NCBI RefSeq assembly: GCF_035084215.1
Contig: NC_090327.1
Coordinates: 141,608,001 to 141,672,000, forward strand
Length of the DNA: 64,000 nt
Direction: 5' to 3'
Origin: Heptranchias perlo
Lineage: Eukaryota
Below are positions 11,335-24,129 of the stretch, piece after piece. How positions within the stretch are numbered: the stretch's first letter is position 1; each line of letters begins with the position of its first letter. The notes under the pieces were generated by a model. It ran no database searches, was not told where the DNA came from, and saw nothing but the letters and a program-made list of their open reading frames with translations. Made by a program: the position numbers and the translations under genes.

Positions 11335-12200
11335 GGTGGGAAAGTTAACAAAGAGTCTGCAAAGAGACATAGACAGATTAAGTGAATGGGCAAGAAGGTG
11401 GCAGATGGAATATAATGTGGGAAATGTGAAGTTATTCACTTTGGTAGGAAGAATAGAAAAACAGAATATTTTTTAAATGGTAAGAAATTATTAAATGTTA
11501 GTGTTCAGTGAGACTTGGGTGTCCTCGTACAAGAAACACAAAAAGTTAGCATGCAGGTACAGCAAGCAATTGGGAAAGCAAATGGAATGTTGGGCTTTAT
11601 TTCAAGGGGGTTGGAGTACAAAAGTAAGGAAGTCTTACTGCAATTGTATAGGGATTTGGTGAGACCTCACTTGGAGTACTGTGTACAGTTTTGGTCTCTT
11701 TTTCTAAGGAAGGTTCACGAGCTAAATTCCTGAGATGAGAGGGTTGTCCTATGAGGAGAGATTGAGTAGGGTGGGCCTATACTCTCTGGCGTTTAGAAGA
11801 ATGAGAGGTGATCTAAATGAAACATATAAGATTATGAGGGGGCTTGACAGGGTAGAATCTTAGAGGTTCTTTCCTTAGGCTGGAGGGTCTAGAACTCGGG
11901 GGCATTGTTGAAGGATAAGGGGTCGGCCATTAAGACTGAGATGAGGAGGATTTTTTTCACTCAGAGATTTGTGAATCTCTGGAATTCTCTACCCCAGAGG
12001 GCTGTGGATGCTGAGTCATTGAATATATTCAAGACCGAGATGGACAGATTTCTGGACTCTAGGGGAATCTAGGTATATGGAGATCGGGCAGGGAAGTGGA
12101 GTTGTGGTTGAAGATCAGCCATGATCTTATTGAATGGCAGAGCAGGCTCGAGGGATCATGTGGCCTACTCCTGCTCCTATTCCTTATGCTCTTATGTTAT
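11335..12200 (+). mobile_element. CR1 3' part
   Basis: ORF 11515..11733 (LVRPHLEYCVQFWS) and tail cttatgctcttatgtt. Confidence 0.9.
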
Positions 12201-12204
12201 TATT

Positions 12205-12658
12205 TTAACCCAGTGATGATGAAGGAATGGTGATATATTTCCAAGTCAGGATGGTGTGTGACTTGAAGGGGAATGTGCAGGCGGTGATGTTCCCATGCAC
12301 CTGCAGTCTTTGTCGTTCTAGCTGGTAGAGGTCGCGGGTCTTGGAGGTGCCATCGAAGAAGCCTTGGCGAGTTGTTGCAGTGCGACTTTTAGATGGTATA
12401 CGTGGTGCACCGGTGGTGAAGGGAGTGAATATTTAAGTTGGTTGATGTGGTTCCAATCAAGCGGGATGCTTTGTCCTGGAAGGTGTCGAGCATCTTGAGT
12501 GTTGTTGGAGCTGCACTCATCCAGGCACGTGCAGAGTATTCCATCACACTCCAGACTTGTACCTTTTAGGTGGTGGAAAGGCTTTGGGGAGTCAGGAGGT
12601 GAATCACTCGCGGCAGATTAACAGCCTCTGAACTGCTCTTGTAGCCACAGTATTTAAC
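12205..12658 (-). mobile_element. Older LINE-A fragment
   Basis: Diverged reverse complement of ~28935-29395. Confidence 0.8.
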
Positions 12659-13099
12659 TTACAGGGAGCTCGAATAGCACCTGAGGGAGAAAGGAATAGA
12701 AGGCTTTGCTGATGGGGTCACCTGAATTACGGTGGGAGGAGGCTCGTGTGGAGCATAAACCCCCGCATGGACCAGCTGTGCCGAATGATCTGTTTCTGCG
12801 CTGTAGTTCCGATGTAACCCTCTCACCTGTTGTAGTCTCTGCAATTTTGCAGCTCGGTGCCGTTCGCTATTTCTGTCAATGAACGAGTGTTTCACTCCGA
12901 TTAGATTAACCTGGGACTGTTGCTGTCTGACATTAACTCGTTAAGATTCCCAACAAACACACCGACTGCCGCTTTCTTTGAGAAGACGGGCCAATGAACA
13001 GTATACACCCTGCGGGGAATGATCCCAATTGGATCTTCACAAAAGGGCAAAACCCAGAATCTGATCAAAGTGAATTGGGGAATGTTCCCATTGATTTTT

Positions 13100-14330
13100 A
13101 ATTCTGAATTAATCCTGAGACATCTGCGCATGCGTAATTCAGCCCGCCCCCAAAGCGAATTGTTGGTGAGCAGAGGAGCGCATGCGCGCTCCCCTCCCCC
13201 TGCTCGGCCTGTGGGGCCATTCCCTCAGTGAGTGGAAGAAGATGGTTTAAAACAGGCGGGAATGGAGAGATCACGGCCCCGGGGTAAGGGAGCAAACAGC
13301 AGCCTCGTTACAGCAGCTCATCGCTCCGGGACCGTGTCCGCAGATGGGCTCAGAGATCGGCATTGAGACCGGGGTAAGTTCAGGGGGAGTCCGGGGGCTG
13401 TTTGTAAGAGGCGGAGTGGATCAGGAACTGGTCCCGGAACATGGAGTGAGCGGGGAAGGGAGAGACCATTCTGGGGCTGTGTGTGTACAGGGTGTGTCCA
13501 GGGGAAGGGAGACAGAATGGGAAGAACCTGCTATTTAAAATCATTGCTGCTTTCTCTCCCCAAACCAGTAGTGAATGTTCCTGGTTTAGGTCCAGTCTCA
13601 CCCTGTTTGTTGTTATTGGACAGTGAACAGTGGAAACAGAGCCGGACAGTAAGGATGTGGGGAGTTATACAAAGATCATCTATTGCAGGCATCAGGTGAG
13701 ACGTGCGGAGGACACATTTTAAACAGCGACTGTTTGGTTTCGGTTGAACGGTTAGTCCCATGGGAGAGGGGATTAGAAACCTGACCTGAACCTGGTATGT
13801 AGAAGCTGAGTGTTGTAGTGGAGTCAGACACTTACACTGTATCGCTGGTTTTAATTTGTGGATATTCAAAATAATCATTAACAGAGATATTGAACTGATC
13901 ACTTTTGTATTTTCTACCTCACCGGTTCTTGAGTTACAAACGATATTTTTTCTTCCTGCAGGCAAATCCTTGAATGACCCAGAATAAATGTGATGTTTCC
14001 TCCACCTGAGGCACAAGGAACAGTGCAGCCAGCTCCTTCTCACTCACAGCAGGTACATTATCACCCACAGAGCACGGAGACACAGACAGGTCATCAGTTC
14101 CATATTCTCAGACTGCAGAAGTAGTCAGTCCCACACTGATCCCAGGTTCCAGAGACACATTTTCAATCCAACAGTCAAACAGAGCAGGTGTGGCAGACAC
14201 TGTTTCCAGTTCACCCTAACTCAGTACTGCTGACAGGTAGATACAAAAATCCCAGTCCAAAATCATACTTTCAGGTTGAAAGACACTGTGTCAATTTCAC
14301 AATAGGGCAACTTTAGCTCTGAATTAAATA
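13100..14330 (+). promoter_or_regulatory. CpG-rich promoter block X with putative non-coding exons (copy 1)
   Basis: NRF1-type TGCGCATGCG (13125-13134) and GCGCATGCGC (13178-13187), GC boxes, donor GG|GTAAGT after 13373, acceptor AG 13568, donor after 13695, acceptor 13961. Confidence 0.6.
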
Positions 14331-14559
14331 CCAGATAGAAATCACACATGGTACCCAATTGAAAGGTACAGAATGAATCCCAATAATGTACCCCGAGATT
14401 CAAATCGAATCCTTGCCCAGAATGCACATACGAGTTTAATACATGCAGTATCCATCCAAAGAGTTTTGATCAGCATTTCTCAATTTGATACTGTACATAA
14501 CTTTTGGACCTGTATGCAATTTGTATCTCTTTGGGATTCATTCTGTATATGTCAGTCTT

Positions 14560-17500
14560 TGACAGTGCCAGAGATTGACAGATACACAATGAATCTCATG
14601 TTCACACAGTACCGGAGGCTGCATATATAGAATGAAAAGCACAATCACACATAGTACTGACAAGATACTGAATGAGTCCCACACTCACACACAGTACCAG
14701 AAAGTGAAAGATAAGGAATGAATCTCTCACTTACAGCATCAGAGACTGACAAATACAGAATGAATCCCGCACTCATCGTGTATCAAAGATTGACATATAG
14801 AATGAATCCTGAAGAGATACAAATTGCATACAAGTCCAAAAGTTATGTACAGTATCAGATTGAGAAATGCTGAAAGAAGCTGTAACCTGAGAAAAAAATT
14901 AGATACCAGTTCAGAATGCACTCATAGTATGAGATTTAAAGATACAGCATAAATTCTATTAGTGCAGACTGAGATATTACATACCAGACAAAAATGTCAC
15001 CATATCAGTTTGAAAGGTACATTATCATTCAGAATTGTACTCAAAGTGATACAGATTTAAAATAATCCAAAAAGTGCACACATTATCTGGTTAAAACCTA
15101 AAGCATCAAATCCTAAAGTGTATCCATATTTACCAGTTGAATAATGAGTAAAACTCTTTAAACATTAAGGTATTAAAGCTATAGTTTTCAACACCATAAT
15201 GTAATCTGAGAGAAAAATTACACACAGATACAGAATGAGCCTCACAGACAGATACAGTACCAGGGACAGGGAGACACAGAAAACATTCCACACTCACACA
15301 CAGTACCAGAGACTGACAGATACAGAATATATCCCACACTGATATACAGTACCAGAGACTGACAAATACTGAGTTCATCCCACACTCACATCAAGTAGCA
15401 GGGATGGAAAGATACAGAATGAATTCCACACTCACACAATGTCAGAGACTGTATATTTGGATGAATCGCACACACTCATAAAGTACCAGAAACTGACAGG
15501 TAATTTAAGGAAGGATGTCCTTGCCATGGAGGGAGTGCAACAAAGGTTTACCAGACTGATTTCTTGGATGGCAGACTGACGTATGAGGAGAGATTGGGTC
15601 GACTAGGCCTATATTCACTCGAGTTTAGAAGAATTAGAGGTGATCTCATCAAAACATATAAAATTCTAACAGGACTAGGCAGACAAGATGCAGGGAGGAT
15701 ATTCCCGATGGCTGGGGAGTCCAGAACCAGGGGTCACAGTCTCAGGATACTGGGTATGCCATTTGGAACGGAGATGAGGAGAAATTTCTTCACTCAGAGG
15801 GTGGTGAACCTGTGGAATTCTCTACCACAGAAGGCAGTGGAGGCCAAGACATTAAATATATTCAAGAAGGAGATAGATATATTTCTTAATGCAAAAGGGA
15901 TCAAGGGATATGGGGATAAAGAGGGAACAGGGTACTGAATTAGACGATCAGCCATGATCATTTTGATTGGTGGAGCAGGCCCGAAGGGCCGAATGGCCTA
16001 CTCTTGCTCCTATTTTCTATGATTTCTATATCAGTTTGAAAGATACAGTGTAATTCACAATTGTGTTCAGAGATAGAGATTTACTAGTAGTCTAAAAAGC
16101 ACACACTACCTGATGAAAACCTACAGCATCAAATTAAAACTACATCCATACTACCAATTATATACTGTGCGAGAAACTATACATTATGATATTAATGCAA
16201 GTTTTGAACGACACACTGCAAACGGAGATGCCAATTACATAGAGATACAGAATGAATCCCACATTCACATACAGTACCAGAGACTGACAGATACAGAATG
16301 AATCCTGCACTCACACTATGTAACCGTGCCTGACAGATTCAGAATGACTCTTACTTTCACACAGCACCAGTGACTCACAGGTAAAGAATGAATCCCACAC
16401 TCACACACAGTATCTGAGACTGACAGATACAGAATGAATCCAACACTCAAAAGCCTCAGTCTGACAGATACAGAAGTTATATTATTCACATACAATACCA
16501 GAGACTGACAGATTCAGAATGAAACCCTCACTCACAAACAGTACCAGAGACTGATAGATACAGAATGAATCCCACACTCACACAATGTACCAGAGACTGA
16601 CAGATTCAGAATGAATACTACATTTACACAGAACCAATGACTCAAAAGTAAATAATGAATCCCACACTCACATACAGTATTAGAGACTGACAGGTAGACA
16701 ATGAATCCCACACTCTCAAACATTACCTCAGACTTACAGATATAGAAGTTATATTATTCACATACAATACCAGAGACTAACAGACACAGAATGAATCCCA
16801 CACATACATGTAGTGCTAGAGACTGACTGACACAGAATGAATCTCAGTCTCAAATTACCAGAAACTAACAGGCACGGAATGAATCCCACACTCACATGTA
16901 GTGCTAGAGACTGACTGAGACAGAATGAATCTCAGTCTCAAATTACCAGAGACTAACAGACACAGAATGAATCCCTCACTCACTTACAGTACTAGAGATT
17001 GAGAGACACAGACTGAATCCCAACTCACACACAGTACCAGAGAGTGACAGCTGGAGAATCAATCTCACTCACACACAGTACCAGGGACTGAGAGACACAG
17101 AATGTATACCTTATTCACAGACAGTACTAGAAACTGATAGATACAAAATGAATCACACTCTTACACAAAAAATCAGAGACTGACAGATAAAGAATGGATC
17201 CCACACTCACACGTAGTATGAGACTGACAGATACAGAATGAATTCCACACTCACACACAGTACAAGAGACTGACAACTACAGAATGAATTCCACACTCAT
17301 GTACAGTACCAGATACTGAGAGACAGAGAATCAATCCCAAACTCACAAACAGTACCATAGACTGACACATACAGAATGAATCCCTCACCACAAACAGTAG
17401 CAGAGACTGAGAGGCACAGAATGAATAACTTACTCATACACAGTGCAAAAAACTGACCAGTACAGAATGTTTCTCACACTCACAAACTGTACCATAGACT

Positions 17501-18950
17501 AACAGATACAAAATCAATCCCGCATTCAGAAACAGTACCAGGGACTGACAGATTCAGAATGAATCCTACATTCACACAGCACCTGTGTCTCACAGGTAAA
17601 GAATGAATTCCACACTCACATACACTATTAGAGACTGACAGATACGGAAGAAATTCAACACTCTTAAACAGTACCTCAGACTGACAGATACAGAATGAAT
17701 ACCACACTCATATACAGTACCAGAGATGGATAGATATGGAATAAATACCTCATTTGTACATTCTTCCTGAGACTGACAGATACAGAATGAATCCCTCACT
17801 CACACACAGTACCAGGGACTGGGAGGCAGAGAGTGAATACCCTACTCACAGTATGAGAAACTGACCAATATGGAATGAATCCCACACTCACACACAGTAT
17901 GAGAAACTGACCATACGGAATGAATCCCACACTCACACACAGTATGAGAAACTGACCAATATGGAATGAATCCCACACTCACACACAGTATGAGAAACTG
18001 ACCAATACGGAATGAATCCCACACTCACACACAGTATGAGAAACTGACCAATATGGAATGAATCCCACACTCACACACAGTATGAGAAACTGACCAATAC
18101 GGAATGAATCCCACACTCACACACAGTATGAGAAACTGACCAATACGGAATGAATCCCACACTCACACACTGTATGAGAAACTGACCAATACGGAATGAA
18201 TCCCACACTCACACACAGTATGAGAAACTGACCAATATGGAATGAATCCCACACTCACACACAGTATGGGAAACTGACCAATACAGAATGAATCCCACAC
18301 TCACACACAGTATGGGAAACTGACCAATACGGAATGAATCCCACACTCACACACAGTATGGGAAACTGACCAATATGGAATGAATCCCACACTCACACAC
18401 AGTATGGGAAACTGACCAATACGGAATGAATCCCACACTCACACACAGTATGAGAAACTGACCAATACGGAATGAATCCCACACTCACATGCAGAACCAG
18501 ACATTGACAGATACAGAATTAATCACAAACCAGAAACTGAGAGATACTGAATGAATCTGAGTCGCACAAAGTACCAGAGACTGACTGACACAGAATCAAT
18601 CTCACACTCACAAACAGTATTAGAGAATGACAGATACAGAATAAATCGCACACTGAAACATAGTACCAGAAACTGAGAGATATGGAATGAATCTCACACT
18701 CACAAACATTATCAGAGACTGACTGATACTGAATCAATCTAACTTTCATACATTATTAGAGACTGTTAGAAACAGAGTCAATCCCTCACCCACACACTAT
18801 ACCAGATCCAGAGAGATACAGAATGAATCCACTCTCATACACAGTATCAGAGACTGATGGACACACGATAAATCCCTCACTCACACACACTACCAGAGGC
18901 TGACAAGTACAGAATGAATCCTACTCTCACACACAGTACCAGGGACTGTC
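14560..18950 (+). repeat. 46-bp satellite domain with a homogeneous sub-array at ~17845-18490
   Basis: About 14 near-perfect copies of agtatgagaaactgaccaata(c/t)ggaatgaatcccacactcacacac; degenerate flanks; CR1 inside. Confidence 0.93.
15500..16030 (+). mobile_element. CR1 3' end
   Basis: ORF 15564..15938 (RRIRGDLIKTYK, FFTQRVVNLWNSLP) and tail. Confidence 0.92.
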
Positions 18951-19192
18951 ATATTGCTTCACATTTTCAGAGTGAAAAATAAAAATAATCAGTTCATTAT
19001 AACATTTTTATTTACTCACTCCTTTGTTGTAAATATTCCCGGATATTTCACTGTACATTGAGCAGTATTTCTGATTGATTTCTCAGGACACTTCAAATAA
19101 ACCAAACAAAAATAAGGATAAAAACTCAGCACAACAATGAAATTTTAACAAGAAACAGTCAAAAGAGAAAGGGATGAAATTCAGAAATATTA

Positions 19193-19612
19193 AACATAAG
19201 AACATAAGAAATAAGAACTGGTGTAGGTCACCTCGAGCCTGCGTTTGATAAGATCATGCCTCATCTTCAATCTCAACTCCACTTTCCTGACCGATCACCA
19301 TATCCCTTCATTCCCCTAGAGTCCAAAAATCTCAGCCTTGAATATACTCAATGACTCAGCATCCACAGCCCTCTGTGTTAGCAAATTCCAAAAATCCCCA
19401 TCCCTCTGAGTGAAGAACTTCTTCCTTGTCTCAGTCTTAAACAGCTGGCTCCTTATCTTGAGACTATGCCCTTTAGTTCTAGACTCTTCAGCCAGGGGAA
19501 ACAACCTCTCAGCATCTACCCAGTCGAGCCCTCTCAGAATCATATATGTTTCAAAGAGATCAACTCTCATTCTTCTAAACTCCAGAGAGTATAGGCCCAT
19601 TCTATTCAATCT
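19193..19612 (-). mobile_element. CR1 3' end, present only in macro-repeat copy 2
   Basis: ORF 19316..19669 and aacataag repeats; absent at the paralogous site ~2635. Confidence 0.88.
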
Positions 19613-19629
19613 AATAAAGCAAAAATAAT

Positions 19630-19825
19630 ATCCAGAAATGCTGGAAAGACTCAGCAGGTCCGGCAGCATCTGTGGAGAAGGGAAGTTCAGGATAACGGTT
19701 CAGGTCAATGACCCTTCCGTAGGCCTGAAAGGTTAATCCTACCTCCCTCTCTCCACAGATGCTGCCGGGCCTGTTGAGACTATCCAGCATTTTCTGTTTC
19801 TCTCTCCGATTTCCAGCATCTACAG
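19630..19825. mobile_element. Palindromic element, paralogue of 2655-2850
   Basis: Same inverted arms in the duplicated context. Confidence 0.7.
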
Positions 19826-19939
19826 AATGATCCTCTTTGAAGAATAAATCAATTCCCGGAAAGGATTTTAAATTTGAATAAGGAACTGGAAGCAGTGGAG
19901 GGAAAAGCTTCAGAAAGTTAATGAATTTCATTAATCAAA

Positions 19940-20990
19940 GACTGATACAGCACAGAAGAAACCATTCAGCCCTTCTGTCTGTGCCGGCTCTTTGAAAGAT
20001 CTATCCAATTAGTCCCATTCCCCTGCTCTTTCCCCATAGTCCTGCAATTTTTCCCCTTCAGGTTTTTTCCCAATCCCTTTTGAAAGTTATTATTGAATCT
20101 GCTTCCACCACCATTCCAGATTATAGCAACTCGCTACCTAAAAAAGTTCACCTCGTCTCACCTCTAGTTCTTAAATCAGTCTTCTCTGGTTACCGAACCT
20201 TCTGCCTCTGTTTCTCCTTATTTACTCAATCAAAACCCTTCCTGATTTTGAATGTCTCGATTAAATCTTCCCATAACCTCCTCTGCTCTAAGGAGAACCA
20301 CCCCAGATTCTCTAGTCTCTCCACCTAACTGAAGTTCCAAATCCCTTGGTCCATTCTAATAATCTCGTCTGAACCCTCTCTAAGGCCTTGATATTCTTCC
20401 TAAAGTGTGGTGCCCACAATTGGACATAATACTCCAGCTGGGACCTAACCAGTTATTTATGAAGGTTTAGCATAATTTCCTTGCTAACTAATTTACTCTG
20501 TGCCTCTATTTGCTTTTGTACACTATGCCTCGATTTATAAAGCCAAGGATCCAGTAAAATTTATTAACAGCTTTATCAAATTGTCCTATCACAATTGTCT
20601 ATGTGAACTCCCAAATCTCTGTTCCTAAACCATCCATAAAATTGTACCATTTAGTTTATATTGCCTCTCCTCGATCTTCCTTCCAAATTGCATTACTTTA
20701 CAGTTCTCAGCATTAAATTTCATCTGCCACGTGTCCGTCCATCTCAAGTCTGTTTAATTCCTCCTGATTCTCCTACCATCCTCCTCACAGTTGCAAACTT
20801 GGAAATTATGCCCGGAATACCCAAGTCCGGATCATTGATACATATCAAGAGTAGTGGTACTAACACCACCCTGGGGGACACCTCGGCACTCTTCCCTACA
20901 GTCTGAAAAACAACCGCTCACCACTCCTCTCTCCTTTCTGACCCTTAGCCAATTTCGTATCCATGCTGTCACTGGCCCTTCAATCTTCAA
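19940..20990 (-). mobile_element. Decayed CR1 fragments, paralogous to 2950-4650
   Basis: Colinear similarity to copy 1. Confidence 0.75.
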
Positions 20991-20996
20991 TTTTGA

Positions 20997-21750
20997 TGAT
21001 GTGGAGATGCCGGTGATGGAATGGGGTTGACAAATGTAAGGAATCTTACAACACCAGGTTATAGTCCAACAGTTTTATTTGAAAATCACAAGTTTTCGGA
21101 GGCTTTCTCCTTCGTCAGGTGAGTGTGGGATTCCATGAAGGTTGCCGCATTTATAGTCAGAGAACAATGCCTGGTGATTACAGATAATCTTTCCAACTGC
21201 CCGTTGTCAAGGCAATCAAAGTGTTCAGACAGAGAGACATTACATACAGGACCACCGAATATACAAACGGCCAGAACAAAAGACAGAGAGAGAGAGAGAA
21301 ACATCCGAAAGGAAGAGAAAGAGAGAGAATGACCCGTTATATTAAAAACAGATAACTTTTTTTCACTGTAGGGTTACGTGTAGCGTGACATGAACCCAAG
21401 ATCCCGGTTGAGGCCATCCTCATGGGTGCGGAACTTGGCTATCAATTTCTGCTCGACGATTTTGCGTTGTCGTGTGTCTCGAAGGCCGCCTTGGAGAACA
21501 CTTACCCGAAGATCGGTGGCTGAATGTCCTTGACTGCTGAAGTGTTCCCCAAGTGGGAGAGAACCCTCCTGTCTGGCGATTGTTGCGCGGTGTCCGTTCA
21601 TCCGTTGTCGCAGTGTCTGCATGGTCTCGCCAATGTACCATGCTCCGGAGCATCCTTTCCTACAACGTATGAGGTAGACAACGTTGGCCGAGTCACAGGA
21701 GTATGAACCATGTACCTGGTGGGTGGTGTCCTCTCGTGTGATGGTGATAT
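20997..21750 (-). mobile_element. Penelope-like element 3' part (GIY-YIG C-terminus plus pLTR)
   Basis: ORF 21374..21622 (LRQRMNGHR...GEHFSSQGH...EQKLIAKFRTHEDGLNRD); absent in the paralogue at ~4650. Confidence 0.85.
21086..21122 (-). ncRNA. Minimal hammerhead ribozyme in the Penelope pLTR
   Basis: UCAC-CUGACGA-AGGAGAAAGCCUCC-GAAA-AC-UU-GUGA; the stem III palindrome is mutated (AACU). Confidence 0.7.
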
Positions 21751-22278
21751 CTTGATAACAAGTCTATTATGTGGCACTTTATCAAACCCCTTCTGAAAAA
21801 CATCAACTTACTCCGTTATTTCATCAAAGCACTCAATCACGATATATGGAGGTTTCTGACCCCTCTGAACTGCACTCCCATTTCTGGTTTCTGATTCAGC
21901 GCCGACTCTGAACTATTGAAGCCGCCAGACTGAAGATTACTGCCTAACAAAGAGTTTAAAGGCCGAGTACGGGACCATAGTGGTTATTGGGCTGGACAAG
22001 AATCCCAGGGTTCAAATCCCACCATTCAACGATGATAATGGTCGACTTAAATATACATTCAAATAAGGAGCCGGAATCAGCAGATGGAAAAGCTTCAGAA
22101 AATCAATGAATTTCACTGAATCCGGGTAATTCTGTCCCGGATCCACGGTACAGATCAGAGTAAATAATAATTATCAATAGAAAGGGATAAAATCAAGGCT
22201 CGGGGTAATCCCATGTGTGTGGGAATCCCCTGAGAAGAAGGGCCCTTCTCTCCGCCAGACAGGCGACATTTCCCGGTG

Positions 22279-22638
22279 AAAGCAGCTCCCAAGAAGGGCG
22301 CCAAGAAAAGTCTGAATAAATCGCCAGCAAAGGGCGGGAAGAAGCGGAGAAAGTCGAGGAAGGAGAGTTATTCCATCTACATCTACAAAGTGATGAAGCA
22401 GGTTCACCCCGACACCGGCATCTCCTCCAAGGCCATGGGCATCATGAACTCCTTTGTGAACGATATTTTCGAGCGCATCGCGGGTGAGGCTTCCCGCCTG
22501 GCCCATTACAACAAGCGGGCGACCATCAGTTCCCGGGAGATCCAGACCGCCGTGCGCCTGCTGCTGCCCGGAGAACTGGCCAAGCACGCCGTGTCGGAAG
22601 GGACAAAGGCGGTGACCAAGTACACCAGCTCCAAGTAA
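22279..22638 (+). pseudogene. H2B: H2B lacking promoter and ATG; degenerate stem-loop
   Basis: Upstream flank (cccggtg, equivalent to 5204) is joined directly to AAA GCA GCT; the first 5 codons are missing; agctattttaagaggc at ~22669. Confidence 0.88.
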
Positions 22639-23539
22639 AACTGAAAAAATGAATTGAAAAAATGCAACAGCTATTTTAAGAGGCACCCAGAACCCCTCTG
22701 AAAGAGCTGCATTTCCTATATATTTGCTTGGTATCATTTTAATACGGCAATATTTGTATTCCAATCTGATAATGAACTGATATTGAAACTGCCCCGTTGA
22801 AATCCCTGGCCCATAAACTGAACACGAGTTTGCGATCCGCTCTTTCCCTTTCGTTTTGTTCTTAAAGCGTTACTGTTCTGGCCTCTCTCACCCCCTGAAT
22901 AATCTCTTCAGCAGTTCCTTTCTCTCTGAATCTAGTCTCCGAAATGTTGACTGACTGATGTGAAAATCGCCTTATTAACAGCAACCCCACCCTTTGCAGT
23001 ATCACAGCGGAATAGGGGCAGATGGAGAGCGCCGTCCGGGTCCTTTTCACAGAAGCACTCTCGGCTTTGAGAAGGGATCGATTTATAACATGTCTCTTTT
23101 ACAAACACTAAATTGAAATATGTCCCTTCACGGAATGCTGTAAATGGGGCTTTAGTCCCGTCCGGTACAGTTTGAAAGCGATGGTAGAATGAGCTATAAT
23201 TTGAACCAGATTTTAAAACAGCGCCAGCGATTGGTGACGGGTAAAGCAGAATAAGACAGGATAAAAAGAATGGGTTCAAAATCTTGTGCTCAGGGCGACA
23301 TTGATCTAAATCCGATCCTTTACTACACTGAAATTGGCGGGCTTTTGAAATTCATCAATTTACTGATCTGTCCGTTGAGGCCGGCAAATCCCGCCCTCTT
23401 CTGATTCCCAGCTATCTGTTTGGTTAATGAAATAGGCAAATGAGATGTACCAAAGCACAACCAATCAGATGAACTTTCAGAAAGGTAAATACAGCAGTAT
23501 TGCGTCATTCTTTGTGAAAGTGTTTGTGAGATTGTAGAA

Positions 23540-23938
23540 ATGTCTGGAAGAGGAAAACCCGGCGGTGAAGCTCGGGCCAAGGCCAAGCCTCGCTCATCTC
23601 GGGCCGGACTGCAGTTCTCTGTGGGCCAGGTTCCTGCGAAAGGGGAACTATGCTGAACGTGTGGGTGCCGGAGCCCCGGTCTATCTGGCTGCTGTGCTCG
23701 AGTATCTAACGGCTGAAATCCTCGAGCTGGCCGGTAACGCGACCCGCGACAACAAGAAGACCCGCATCATCCCCAGACACCTACAGCTGGCCGTCCGCAA
23801 CGACGAGGAGCTCAACAAGCTGCTGGGAGGGGTGATGCCTAATATCCAGGCCGTGCTGCTGCCGAAGAAAGTCTGAATAAATCGTCAGCAAAGGGCGGGA
23901 AGAAGCGAAGAAGCACTGTGAGCTCCAAGAGCAAGTAA
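23540..23938 (+). pseudogene. H2A: H2A pseudogene (frameshift, 21-nt deletion, H2B-derived insertion)
   Basis: MSGRGKPGG...; a deletion after VG shifts the frame; GGV(TIAQGGV)LPN is collapsed; foreign insert at 23871-23911. Confidence 0.93.
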
Positions 23939-23968
23939 AACGGACAAAATTTAATCTGATAACCCAAA

Positions 23969-23984
23969 GGCTCTTTTCAGAGCC
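23969..23984 (+). terminator. Canonical histone stem-loop
   Basis: GGCTCTTTTCAGAGCC-ACCCA; HDE-like GAAAGGGCTG. Confidence 0.93.
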
Positions 23985-24129
23985 ACCCACTATCTATGAA
24001 AGGGCTGCTTACTGTGCCAGAGAGTCAGAGCTTAATTAATAATATGATCTGTTTCAGATCTGGTCATTTTACGCTCAGAAATTAATTAAATAACGACTGA
24101 TTCCGATTCTAGAAATCATTGAAAAATAA

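Noticed and set aside
13344-14043. Short ORFs shared by the three block X copies
   Set aside because: No recognisable domain; several overlapping frames are equally conserved, which reflects DNA identity, and indels break the longer ones.
17845-18490. Regular array resembling CRISPR
   Set aside because: Head-to-tail repeats without unique spacers, no cas genes, and a vertebrate context.
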